Below, piece after piece: positions 1 to 12,900 of a DNA stretch of 64,000 bases. A program made the position numbers and the translations under genes. Numbering within the stretch: the stretch's first letter is position 1; the number at the start of each line of letters is the position of its first letter. The stretch covers positions 1 to 64,000 of the forward strand of contig JASANG010000295.1 of the NCBI GenBank assembly GCA_030248215.1, read 5' to 3'. Below the pieces are notes generated by a model that searched no databases, was not told the DNA's origin, and saw only the letters and a program-made list of their open reading frames with translations. Source of the DNA: Enoplolaimus lenunculus (lineage: Eukaryota).

Positions 1-69
1 AATACGTAATTTTTTATTTTCCACCGTTTTTTAAGTATAAGCTGTTGCTCTGTTGGAAAGTGGTTCATC

Positions 70-1302
70 TCACAGGTTCAGCGGGAAATTGTTTGGGATA
101 CCCTGAACAGGAGTTGTCGTTTGGGAGTGCCCCCAATTGCTAACTGAGCCAAGTAGCTGTTTGGGGCACGATACAATATCAGACGGTGTTTGCGTTATAC
201 AATGATCGAAAGCTGCTCGTACCTATACAGGTTATTGCATTCCCTCTCAGTCACTGATATTAAATGACTGTTTGTTGTTGCTCTCAATTCATCATGCCAG
301 CTTACCAGCTTACTCAATTGTCTGTTAACAACTAAAAATTTATTAACGAAAATGAAACAAAATTCCACTAACACCGTCGTCTCCCTAGTTTTTCTAACAC
401 CGACCACAAAATCATAATTTTAATGCAATAAATACTACTACAACACCGTAAACTACACGTTGTTACTACTGTTTAATACTCCTGTCTCGTCATGCGACAC
501 ACAGAAAAAAACAAAAAAGCAATATTTAATACGAATATTACAGTACTACGCAGTAATATGTACAAAACGTGTATTGTAGTGACCCGAATAACGAAGGGGG
601 GACTGATATTTATTTGGCTCTCCAGAGGGAACCCCCTGTTATTTGATTACGAACTGTTATTTACTCCGTTGACCATTGCAAGCACCTGCTAACCCTTTCT
701 GGCCCCCTCCTCTCCCTCTCCGAGGGAGGGGGGCTGCGCACCCCCCCCCCCCGTCCTCCTCCTTCTCCTCCACCCTCCTCCGCTTTACGGAGGAGGAGGG
801 AGGAGGAGGAGGGGGCAAAACCGGCCTTTTTACACTACTTATCTGTATTTCTAAAATTACTTTACTACCGTCAATGTTGCCCCTAACAATATCGGTGTTT
901 AATCGAATAGGCAACTTTGACTAAATTAGGGTAACATTGACCATGGTTGGATTCCAGCATCGACCGGAAAATATGTGAAGAGAATTGTAACCAAAACATA
1001 AAATAAAAAAAAAGAGAAGAACGCTGTTTATTTTATGTTATTACGACTTATAGAAGGGAATATATGCAAATTTTAGTTAACAAACGTTATAATAAGTCAT
1101 TTTTATACAACTCATGGTTCAACAATATTAGGTCCAAAATTACTAAACATTGTTTAAAAAGTTTATTAGAGTTATAAACTATGCAAAATCATTTAAATAA
1201 ACCATATTCAAATAGAATGGGCAAATAATCGTTCAAATATGAATTCAATCAAAGGTGCACCTGCGGACGAACTTGCCCCCATCGACTATATGTATAGTTC
1301 AT
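70..1302 (-). CDS. Candidate small two-exon gene, 64 aa, unknown product
   Basis: Exon 1302-1261 (MNYTYSRWGQVRPQ, donor CAG|GTGCAC) joins in phase 0 to exon 222-70 (TATAG| VRAAFDHCITQTPSDIVSCPKQLLGSVSNWGHSQTTTPVQGIPNNFPLNL*). AATAAA lies about 50 nt after the stop (13-18, minus). Splice sites are weak and no homolog is recognised. Confidence 0.4.
574..942 (+). mobile_element. Truncated or rearranged copy of MITE family A with a GC-rich internal segment
   Basis: Left end TTGTAGTGACCCGAATAA..GGGGGGACTGATATTTATTTGG is shared with the copies at 5197, 6811, 25289 and 44190. No right TIR seen. Confidence 0.7.
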
Positions 1303-4300
1303 TTTTGGTGAATGCTTGGCTCATGATGGTTACAAATAAACGCACTCTTGTGACCGCTATTCCTACGATTATTATGATTATTATTAAAAGGGTTCATCCT
1401 TATTGTATTACGAAGGATAAAGTGTCTACGGGTACAATTTAGGAACGAGACTATAATTTTGGCCGAATATGAATAAGTATCGCTCCACTCTCAACCTGCC
1501 GCCGACACCAGCAGAGGAAAGCGTCTGGTGCCGTTCCCCCGCAGGTTCGACGATGTTTGGTTCAATAGTCGATTTGAATCAGTATTTTGTGGCTTGTATA
1601 GATAGTTGTTGTTGAAAATAATACGGTTCTGAATTTTAGTTTTTATATACGGCAGAATTCAACTACAATGACAGATAGTTGCGTTTTTCTATTTTTGATA
1701 ATTCGGTTGCTGATTCGATTCGCAAGTTTGTGTTGTTCGTAATATTCAGGGTTATGGGGATGATTTTGTAAACTGTGAAATATATATTCTGTGTTTACAG
1801 CGTATTTTCAGGAATGTCTTCTATTTAAGTTTGCTGTTTTAGGTCCAGCTGCAATTGAATTACTAAAGCGCGGTTTGCGCGACGCGGACAAAATTTTTGG
1901 TGGTGCAAAAGATAAATTTCAGGTATTATCGGAAAAGTAAAAAACCGTGATTTAAGTAGCGCAACCCAAAAATCAATTTCTTTATCAAATTTTCAATATT
2001 AACTGAACAATTAAGCTCAATGTTGCAAGACGCTTGTTGATTGTTAGGTAATCTAGCATCCTCCTTAGCGTTTTAAAACCAGCTATGGCGTCAATCAACG
2101 CATAGCAGTATTTCGCATACAGTATATTTATTCTTTAAACACATAACTTTTTTGTTGATGTTAACAGGTTTAATCTCACGTTATCATCCCGATTTGTCGG
2201 CGCTGGCCGCCCTTGCATATGTCAATATGCACAATGCACCTATTAACTAATGTGTACTCTCTTCTTTGCATACCATCAGTACATACACTACTGAAACTCT
2301 AACTTTTTTGACTCGAATAATAATTCTTAAATTACGTTATCAAGTTGTGGATGTACAAATGTTAATGTAAATATTTTGCTTCTGATTTTTAAACTGGTCC
2401 GCCGTGTTAAAATAACATTGTGAGCATTTTAATTTCAAATTTACTTGGACTGGTTGTACACACAATGCCTTTAATGAAGTATGTATATTTATCGTTGGTG
2501 AAACTGCTATCCAGGCCAATTGATTATTGGCTTATAAGCCAATTTTCTACTAAGAGTTCTAATAGTAGTGTAGCCAGCTTAGCACAGCATATAGAAATTG
2601 CTATTGTTTTATTCTGTACATGAAATATTTATCTGATTCAACCGTTTATTGTATATATGCAAGGCTTTGATTTATCGCTACTTATATTAGATATTTTGGG
2701 TAACGCTATATATTGTACACTGGTCACATGTCCGTGCCTTTAATAAGCTTTGTGCTAGTTTTACACTGACAAAAGCCCGGTTATTATCAGCCATAAACAC
2801 TTTTATGTTTCAGGTTGCCATGACTGAATTTCGAATAAATAACGCATCGTGACGTATGTGGTTGTCGATTATACACAATCACTATTAATTAGGAAACAGT
2901 TATTTCCGAGTGTGATTTCAAGACTGTATTTAAATTGGGCTGTTGTACACATCCTGCATATTTGACTTCATGCTTAGGCAAATCTTTTCCTGAACTTAGG
3001 CCTGCGACATGAAAGTGTACTAAAGCCTCAAATTTCTAAGTGTGGCTGTCTGCAAAGATTCATGTGGATTGGTGTATTTTTCGAGTTGAACCAATTTTTG
3101 CATGTCGCGACTTATGGCTTCTTTGTTCGCAAAGTAGTGAATCGAACGAATTTTAATTTGAATCTAAAATGGACGCCGAATTAACGTGTGATATATTGAC
3201 GCGTTGTTTAGGTGATGGCGCAAAATTTTAAACGAATAATATACAGAATGTTGTTTTTTGCATTTTAATTTGTTTTGTTGAACAGGCGAGGATGCAGCAA
3301 ACATTTGAATCACTCAAACGGTTGTGTTGTTTTAAATAAATTTAGCAGATTTTTAATGGAAAATGAGCAATATACGAATAAATTGTTTAAAATACAGGAC
3401 GAAATTGTACAAGATTTTACTCGCGTATTAATCGGCCATGTGCACGGGCGCAGGCGAAGAAAACATCGGACAATAGATTGCATCAAGTTTAGGAGCGGAA
3501 CTTTGATTCCGGTTAGCATACTATCAGGACTTAAACGGATAGTAAAAATACGGAAACGGATTGTGACCGATAACGGAATACCGGAAACAGATATCCGGTT
3601 ACGCCCTGCTGTCATTCCTTATGTGTGTGTAATCATTAGACAAATCATGGCAGTGGGCTAAGATAGAAATCACTGAGGTTACAATTCGGAATGCGTATTC
3701 CAGCTACTGCATTTGTTTCAGGATTTTGGCATTCTCTGAATTGTATGTATACAACTTGGAATAGTGGACAGTTGGGACACTTAACGGAGAAAACATGCCA
3801 AAATGAAAACACTTGAGTTTAGCTTGATATTTATCGGATAATGACTTTGTATTTTTAAATTATCTGAAAATTAACGCAGTGAAAATTTGCATCGAATACG
3901 CACCGGGAGTTACTAAATTTATTACCTTTGCAAGAAACAAAATCTACTTATATAGGTACATCGCCAAGTCGCGTCGTGAGACATACTGGGCGTCATTATA
4001 AATCCTTACCGCTCTTCATTTAATAAGACGCCAAACCTAACTGAGTATGATGCTAAGTAAAAGGCTAGCTTGCAAATCTGGCAATCTGTAAAAAAGGCAC
4101 ATTTGAATTTCCCATAGGACAGGATCCGTGACCTCAACTTTTTAATTCGAACCCCTACGCTGAGCGATTTATCATACACCAAAACAGTCCAAAAGTACTT
4201 TAATATTAGTTGCCCAATACCAGTCATCAAACGCAATATAATGGCAGAATTCAACTCAGCGCGTCGCTTTTCCGCAGTAATCATGAAAGAATATAGATGT

Positions 4301-4704
4301 CTGAACAGATTAAAATACGTTTTTTGTTCCGTTCACAAAAAGCGTAAATATATGTCTTAAAAGCCAAATCGGCATTGTGTCCCGATGTATAAGACTAAGC
4401 GGGTGCCTGAACATTTGGACCAATATTACTTTAACAATGTAAAAGCCAAAACGTATTCCTGAGTTTAATCCTCCTCGCAGCGTAATATATAAACACAAAT
4501 ATGAAACGAAGCTTAATAACCAAGCCCAAGCAAAAAAATTAGTCTAAAATTTAAGCCTTGTCTATTTCGGTCTACTGTGAGGCGGTCAATAGCGGATCCA
4601 AAGGTTGGCGGGCGAGTGTACGCCCCGTCTAAAATTTTTTATGAAAAATGGCAACGTTCACAATTTCTCCCTCAGAACTTTTTTGAGATAAAATGGTTTC
4701 TTCA

Positions 4705-4911
4705 AGGGTGCAACCGGAGGCGAATAATACCGGAACCGGAGGTCAACGAAACTTGCCAGAGCCGGAGGTGAGGCGAAATTAAGCAGTAAAAGGATGGTGA
4801 ATTAGTTAATGTTAGCCAATATCTGCAAAATGCAAAATTTTACTACCGAAATTGCCGTAACCTCTGGCAAAAATTTATTGGAGCCGGAGGCAGACCTCCG
4901 GTTGTACCCTG
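4705..4911 (+). mobile_element. hAT-like MITE family C (CAGGGTGCAACCGGA termini)
   Basis: GGGTGCAACCGGAGG ... CCTCCGGTTGTACCCTG inverted termini. Related copies at about 22081-22420, 48722-49066 and 53333-53420. Confidence 0.7.
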
Positions 4912-5196
4912 AGCGTAAAGTATATTTTAATGTGGTTCTTTCTTCTTGGAACGTAAAACGAGTCCTGTATATAGTTCGAGAAAAGGGTGACATTTGGAAG
5001 AATCTCTTTTGCAGTGGTTTAAATTAGACGGAGGCAAACCATATTAACTCAATCTCAGGTGGCCAACGCAAGTATTTATTAGTCAGTAGCAATCTTCAAA
5101 ACCGAATCCAGCACTGTTGAAGCAGTTGTATTATAAATAACTATTTATAGAATTGTTTGTTTTACACTCATAGCAATTAAATAGTCGGTCAGGGTA

Positions 5197-5442
5197 TTGT
5201 AGTGACCCGGATAAGAAGGGGGACTGATATTTATTTGGCCTCTACAGAGGGTGCCCCCCTTGTTATTCGGTTACGGACTGTTATTTATTTTTAACCCACG
5301 CTCCGTCGCCATGCGTTACTGATATATATCCGGTACTATACAATTATCCGTTGAATTAAACGTTTGTCTTGTGTCAAATAGTTTGTGCGATAATACAGCG
5401 TTATACATAGGGATGTACTTTCAAAATTTACGTACGCTTTAA
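5197..5442 (+). mobile_element. MITE family A, left half (right half at 7375-7480)
   Basis: Colinear with the first 250 bp or so of the full copy at 25289-25731, then breaks off. Confidence 0.75.
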
Positions 5443-6810
5443 CCTCTTGTAATACTAGGTTGCTCTATGCAGGTTGTGTGCAAGAATTCCTGATTGGAAT
5501 GCTGGGTACACGTTTATAAAGTGTTCAAAGTGTGACATTGTTTCCTTAATTTTCATAAAAAATATATAGATTAGTAAATGTTGCTAAAAAGTAATATTTC
5601 AGCTTCTGTCAACTTTAAATTATGATGCTGCTATTGAACGGTAGTTGTTTCATCAAATTTTCAAGCGATAATTTGCATTTTAGCGAGTTACAATTAGTAC
5701 CTAGCCCAATTTTTGTGGTTGCTGCATAAAGTTGCTCATGGGCAACAAAATAAATTTTAGAGCGTGGCTGATCTGTACAAGTTTGTGTTTTTTCATGTTT
5801 ATATGGTGCTTTTTAACTCGTTTTTATTATAGATGGTCACCGTTCATCACCAAAGTAGCTGGAGCTGACGAAAAAATTCTGTATTTGGATGCTATCCGTT
5901 GCTATTTCGTCTCAAGCAGTTTCGTGTTCTACTTTTTTGACGCTCGGACATTTAAAAAACTGGTGTGTCCTTCATTGAATTCCGGCCAATGTTACTTTTA
6001 GGGGCGTAACAGAACTTAAACGTATCCCTAAGCCTAAACAGACATTGTAATAATAGAAAACTCAACGGCCCTAAAAGTAACAAGGGCTTGAGTTTCTGTA
6101 GAATTCGATATACGGCTGGGTTTCACACAGGTCTAGCTCTATCCGTAATTGAATGCAACGCTAATTTACCTCTGGGACATTTTAGTGGTTTTATTTAACA
6201 CAAAGTTTTTCTGAGTTAACACTTCGTGTATCCGAGAATGATGATAGCAAGTTTACTGAGAACAGAATGATATAGACTACAGATGAACACCGGATATTCG
6301 GTCCGGATAAGACAAATGTCTAAGGACCCCTACCTTACAATTTGTCCCCGCTCCCCACGTAAATTTTTTGTGATAAAATGATATGGTCATGCATTACCTA
6401 CAATTTGTCCTTTCATCATAATACTTTCGTTATAAAATAGAGTCCTCCCTTATAATTTTCCCGCTAAGAAAATTTTTCGGATAAAAATTGCGTTTCAAAA
6501 TATTTACCATCCCGCCCATTTAGAAATTTCTGGATCCGCTGCTAAAAGCGCGACACCAGTATAAGTAACATGGGCTGAGGTTTGTACGACATACCTTAAG
6601 TGTATTTCAATCTGGTTCTTTGTTCTTGGAACTAAAACGATTCAAGTATATATAGTTCGAGGGAAGGGCTATATTCGATGAAATCTATTGCAGTGATGTA
6701 AATAAGGCAAAGGACAAGCCAAATCAACTCAATTTTATGTTGTCAATGCAAGTATTTATTTAGTAGTCTGTAGCAATTTTCTAAACTGAATACCCAGAAC
6801 TATTGAGGTA

Positions 6811-7244
6811 TTGTAGTGAGTGACCCGAATAAGAGGGGTGACTGATATTTATTTGACCTCTACGGAGGGTACCCCCATTTCATTCGGTTACGGACTGCTA
6901 TTTATTTTTATCCCGTCCTCCGCCACACTTCGTTACACATATATCCGGTATTGTAACTAACCCTTGAATTGAAGGTTTATTTGCCTTGTATCAAAAGGTT
7001 TAGCCATAATGCAAGGTTATTATTAGGAACGTACTTTAAAACTTACGTACACTTCAAAGTTTTGAACTCACGTTTATTTGGTTCTGGAGCCATTTATGCG
7101 CTATAATTACTAATTGACATTTATGGACTCTAATTAGGGTTTAGGGACTCTATGCGCTTCCGGACTCTTAATAGAGATACGGACTCTTATTGATTGAGAC
7201 TCAAAATGGGTACCTGGTACCGCCTCTTATTCGGGTCACTACAG
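6811..7244 (+). mobile_element. MITE family A, full length (TA-flanked, Tc1/mariner-pogo-like non-autonomous)
   Basis: TA-[YTGTAGTGA..CCCGAATAAGAG ... CTCTTATTCGGGTCACTACAG]-TA, with internal AATTAGGGTTTAGGG. Confidence 0.85.
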
Positions 7245-7374
7245 TACTGGCATAATAAATACCGATTTTTAAAATTGTATCTTTTATGCTCATATCAATT
7301 TGCTTGAGGGTCAGGGTACTTCCTTTAGAGCAACAAGTTAAAACAAGTGCTTAAGAAACGAAAATTGAGGTTCG

Positions 7375-7480
7375 AATTAGGGCTTAGGGACTCTATCCGC
7401 TTACAGGCTCTTATTAGGGATACGGACTCCTATTCATTCGGACTCAAAATGGGGACCTCCTCTTATTAGGGTCAATACAG
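7375..7480 (+). mobile_element. MITE family A, right-end fragment
   Basis: AATTAGGGCTTAGGGACTCT...CTCTTATTAGGGTCAATACAG|TA. Confidence 0.75.
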
Positions 7481-7814
7481 TACATCTCCCTTAGAGCAAA
7501 AAGTTAAAATAAGTGGTTGAGAAACGAAAATTGAGGTTCGGAAACCAAAAAACGTAAAATCAAATTTCGGATATCCGAAATAAAAAATTTGACTTCGAAT
7601 ATCCGGATAAAAATATGGAATTGTCGGATATCCAAATAGGAAAAAATATCCAATGCTCATCACAATTTGTAATAGATCAACACTACCGAAACACCAAATC
7701 TACACACGAAAATCGTCATGAATTTTAGTTCACAGATGTTTGAACACAGAATTTCTTTTCATCGGCTCCACCTACTATACTTGTGAAACAATGTAAATTA
7801 TTCCGTTATTTGCA

Positions 7815-8030
7815 TAATAGCATTTCGGATATCCGGATACATTTCATATTTCATGGCCCATATATAGAATAGGGCCGGATCGTTTTTCTGCGGGGCTGTA
7901 ATAGTCAGTTGTTTTAAATTAATTTTTTGCTTACAAATAGGCTCATCCTTACGATAGGGTTTAGGAATATGCGTACTACTGTACCGGCCCTGTTCTATAT
8001 ATGGGGCCATTTAATTTCGGATACATATCC
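7815..8030. mobile_element. Short inverted-repeat (foldback) element
   Basis: GGCCCATATATAGAATAGGGCCGG ... CCGGCCCTGTTCTATATATGGGGCC arms with internal TAGGGTTTAGG. Boundaries are approximate. Confidence 0.6.
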
Positions 8031-9914
8031 GGTGATCATATACAATTTCTATAACGGAAACGGTCACCGATTTTTACCGCAAACGGATATCCGGTTACAC
8101 TCTGGTACCATAACCCGTCATCTCTACTGTTGTTTTATCTTCGGCTGTCGTGGAGCAAAAGTTGACATCTGGCTCCATCTCGTTTTTTGGCATCCGTTTA
8201 TACTATGCTTATCATGGGCACATTGCTGATACTCGGAATTGGACACACAGATTCAATATTATGATCGGATCTGGTTTTTCATGCACAGCTCGATAAAAAA
8301 CAAAGTGAATAACCTTTAATGAGATTAATGCATGGTGCATATGAACATTTTTCATTCATACACCTCGATGCTGCCACTGAGAAAATTTTGCGTCTATCTT
8401 ATGCGAATTGGGCAAACTCTTCATGGGAAAACACTTGAAAAATGTAGAATATCTAATGACGCAAGATACATGACCGCATTGTTGCTTAAAACTGTTTAAC
8501 GCTTGCAAATACTTTCAGAAAGCTCCCTTTTTAGATTCAGCTAAATAACCGTAAAGTACCTATGAAATTTCGAAATCCAAACGTAAAGTACATATGAAAT
8601 TTCGAAATCTAAAATGTTCCAGACTATCTCAAACACGTTTGTATTATGCATATAAAATGTGCTACATAAACAACACCAAGTGCAAGGAACAACCTTATAT
8701 ACGTAATACAAGTTTCATCATACAAGTATTATTCTACACGAGTTACAAAGCACAATTCAGTGTAAGTTCCTAGAAATGCCAACTTGATACGGGCATACTT
8801 TGTTTATGTGCTAGCAGAAGCCTGCGACGAAATGTTTTGAACAACACGGCAAAATTTTCAATTCATATTACGGTATGCATCACAAATTTGAAGTCTACTG
8901 TACCACTGTACCAACCAAAATGTCAATAAGCTATCAATATTAGAAGTTATCTCGGCAACACTTGAAAACTATCCATATTATACTCCACACGAGTTCGAAC
9001 TTCGAAGATGTTTCACTATGCTGAAATCGGAACCAGAGATTTTCAGGCTCCAGACTACTTTCTCACATGACGAGCCTTATGATTATAATTTTTGGCGAAC
9101 ATTTCCACCATTGCAAAATAATTGTATTAGTGATCTGTGTTGCTTATGTTCAACAGAATTCACTTGAACATGTTATCCATGCTGCTATGATGAAACTTAC
9201 ATATGATGCATTTTGGTAATACTAAATAAAAATCTTCTCTTACGATTCTGATTATACACTCCGTCGGAATTGGAACGTGATATTGATCGGAATTTCAATC
9301 TTAATTCCGTTTGTACCGTGGCATTTAACCATATAAGTCGTTGTTACATACAGAGAAACAATTAATAATATATAGCTCTTTGGAAATATCCAAAAAATGA
9401 TATTACAACGTTATAAAATAAAGCATTTACATTCGCATTAAAGCGAGTTACATAAGCGTTATCGAAAGTATGTAATGTTGGTGCAAATTTAATTTAATCT
9501 AATAAAAAATAGACTATAATGATTTTTAAGCTTCTTTCGTTCTACGTTGCTGAAGGACTCAATTCCAAAAAATTATATACTCTCGTTTTACACAAAAAGA
9601 TATTAACTAAAATTAGACTGCTATTTGTTATTCAATCGACCTAATAGTAATACATTCTTTAATTTGTCCATGTTTCTATAAAATACACAAAACAAATTAC
9701 ATTGGTATGTCCCAGCAGCTTATAATGTACGAATACCATAGCATAGTTATATGAACAAGAAGCATAACTGCAAAGTAATGCAACACAAAGTTTATTTAAA
9801 AAAATTCCAAATACAATAATCGTATTATCACGCAGTCTTACTATCATGTATTACTTTGCCAGGGAACACGTATACACGTGTTGAAACAACAGTGTTCCCA
9901 CTTACATATGTATT

Positions 9915-12900
9915 CTAATCACGCGGACGATAAGGCGGTGGGGCACCGGCTTCGTCTTTTGGAGGCACAGGGCTATTACGCCAAACCTCTTCCAACAAAC
10001 ACGCTTTATCACCATCATACTTTGCCGGTACATTTTGATGAACGACCGGAAACGACACTTCACTAGCGTAACCAGCTTCTGCCGCTTTACTGTTTGCTCC
10101 ATCTTCAATACAATACGGCATAGTAGGATCTTTTTTGGATATTACCTAAAATGTAGATATATCAAACCAACAAGTTACGATATAGAAAAACATTCTAACT
10201 CTATAGATGTCTTTCGACGTCTTAAGTTTGTTAAAAGCTAAAGTTAAGCAAAATTAAAGCAATCTGCTGGACGCACAGTATATATACAAATAAAGTTCCT
10301 TGGTGAAAACGAGGCTGTAGTATTTAAATTCGAAGTTGATTGAAATAGGAAAGTTAAGCTAAGAAGTAAAATTTGTCGTGTTGATAGACCATACCAATTA
10401 TCAACCGGCTATAAGGAACATTGTAATTCTATCCAGGTCCTAGATTATTAAAAATACAATAATAGTAATCTGAATTACTCAGAGTCAAAAATTAGTCTGC
10501 GCATGTATTTGAAGGTCACGTTGAGATGTGTTAGCGAACTTACTATGATCGAACGACGACGTATCATTGGTGCCGTTTTCATAATCGCGAGACAAATCCA
10601 AATCATCGACACAATACAAAGTGTCATCGCAAAAAACAACAGCCAGCGAGTGACTGATGAAAGATGTCCGGTTCGGTGTGCAAGATATGTCATCCAAGAA
10701 TCAGCTAAATGCAATTTACAAATTTTGATTCAACTTGAGCATAAACCATGAAAAACCAGCTAATAACGCAAAAAAACGTTTTGAATTCAACTTAAGTATG
10801 TGGAATAGGAAGTTACCACTAAACAAGTTTTGGCTCGGAACGGAATTTAGTAATTAGTTGAAAGTTTGTTCCAACTTTCAGCCATTACATACGTTTTCTA
10901 CAGTTTTAGTTTCTGATGTGCACCTTTAGATAAGTTCAACAGAAACCAGTTGTGATACAATGTTATGTAATTGAAATTAAACAAGCAAGAATTTCGGAAC
11001 TTGGACAGAATATCCGATCGCTTCCTGAGCTCAATATCTCAAAAAGGTCATATTTCAAAATACAGCTAAACATCCGTTTTTTTTCGGCATTTCAGTTGCC
11101 CAAAACACCGACGTTCGGTAATTTCTGAGTATAATACTGGCGGGTAAGTAACTTTAGGTACTGCAACATTCCATATATGATAGCTGGCTCGCTTTGAGCG
11201 AAGTCTGAGAATTTGAAATAAAAATATTGCGAAATATGTACAAAAATATGAGTTAGGTATATCGGAAATTTGCCAAAATCTAAGGTGTGGATTCGGATTT
11301 TCCAATAGCATAAACACAAGTGTGTAAAACGTATTAAAAATGACCCTAGGTTGATTCTGGGGGAATCGACGCCCCTCTCCTCAAACTTCAAATGCCAATA
11401 GGATTTTTCCAGTTTGAACGTAAGGGAGCCCCCGGCCACATCGACACTATGTCCGCTTAGCACCAAGACCAAATTTCTCGCACACCATAATCATTATTTA
11501 GTTACGTAGTTGAAAAATTACATACTTATTCTAGTTAAATGTATTAGGAAAAATCCTAATTCACAATTGCGAACAATATTTTTGATTTTGAAACAAACAG
11601 AAAACCTCATGGTATGATACAGTTGCATAAAGTTATGAATTAACATACCTGGATCACTCACTCGTGTTACATCAATGGTCGACGGATCATGTGCACGCAT
11701 TTCATACAAATTACTCGCAGTGCCCGACTTGTCGTGGAAGCTTTCTAAAACGAGATCAGCAAACCATACACTATAAAAAGTCGGCACGCTTACACTGCCA
11801 TAATTTTTGATTCCTCAACAATAGGTATATACAGCCCAGGGCGGCAGCAAAAGTTCACCGGAACCGGATATCTGGTTGGTTCCTAAAAGCCACAACCTTA
11901 TATCCGGTCGATAGGTTAGGGTTCCATTGGTAACTAGCCTTGTCAGAAGCGGAATGCAATAGGAAAATTTTTTGTCGGATCCTGAATCGGAAATTAATTT
12001 TAGTAATACTATTAAAAATTAAAGTGTATGACTTTTCTTGCAATATACCTGTTTGCAGCATTGTTTAAATTTTCGGTAAATAGTTTGTATAGCTGATCTA
12101 GATGTAGTGGTAAGCGAGCAATGATTGCGTTACTACTGCGTCCCAAGTTACGCTGGATGAACAGCAGGGTGCAACGCGGAACTGTATTATACCGGAATCG
12201 GAATCGGAACAGCAAATTTATACCGGAATCGGAATAGGAACTACAAATTTTGCGACTATACGAATAATTCATATTAATAAGTATAACATTGATTTAGGGT
12301 GTCTGTTAGTTGGCTGGCAACAATTCTCAAAAATGTCGCATCAACAAATTGACAATCATTTTTAGGCTCTGTAAAGCTAAACTACAATCAATTATTGATA
12401 AATTAACTTATCGAAAACAATTTGATAGATAAGTGGTGCAGAACTTTTATACAACATATCACAGAAAGTGGCCTAAAATCAAAATGTAGAAATTCCGATT
12501 CCGATTAATGTGCAATCCGACTCGGAATCGGAATTAGTTTTGAATCGGAATTCTAATCGGAACCCAAATTTTATCGGAAGTTTAGTCGGAATTGAAATTT
12601 CGTTGGAACCCTGCGTACCCTACTCATGATATACCTATATGCTGCCAAATTCTGTTAAATATATTAATTATGAAATATCAGTTTTATATAAAAGTACATG
12701 CAAAGTAGATAGATATCGCCACTTTAACGGCGAAATCGTGTTTCCTACTCGTTGACACGTCAATAGGCCCAACTACTGCAACTTTCAAAATGGTGTCGCC
12801 GTTTTCATTTTTGTTTCCGACTGCATGGTTATCGCTGTACAATTTTTCGCCAGACTCGCTAAGATGTTTGCCATATTTGTACAACGGATTGACGTTCTCT

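Larger units (their letters stand above)
1668..6750 (+). other. Possible uncharacterised multi-exon gene or pseudogene
   Basis: AG..GT-bounded open segments at about 1843-1922 (PAAIELLKRGLRDADKIFGGAKDKFQ), 3286-3320 (ARMQQTFESLK), 5833-5962 (WSPFITKVAGADEKILYLDAIRCYF...) and 6657-6750 (FEGRAIFDEIYCSDVNK...). A unique in-frame chain could not be fixed. Confidence 0.25.

Noticed and set aside
657..924. Pro/Gly/Glu-rich ORFs on both strands
   Set aside because: By-products of the low-complexity GC tract inside a MITE.
3321..3348. Possible 28-nt intron linking ARMQQTFESLK to RFLMENEQY...
   Set aside because: Much shorter than any intron in the well-supported genes; needs transcript evidence.
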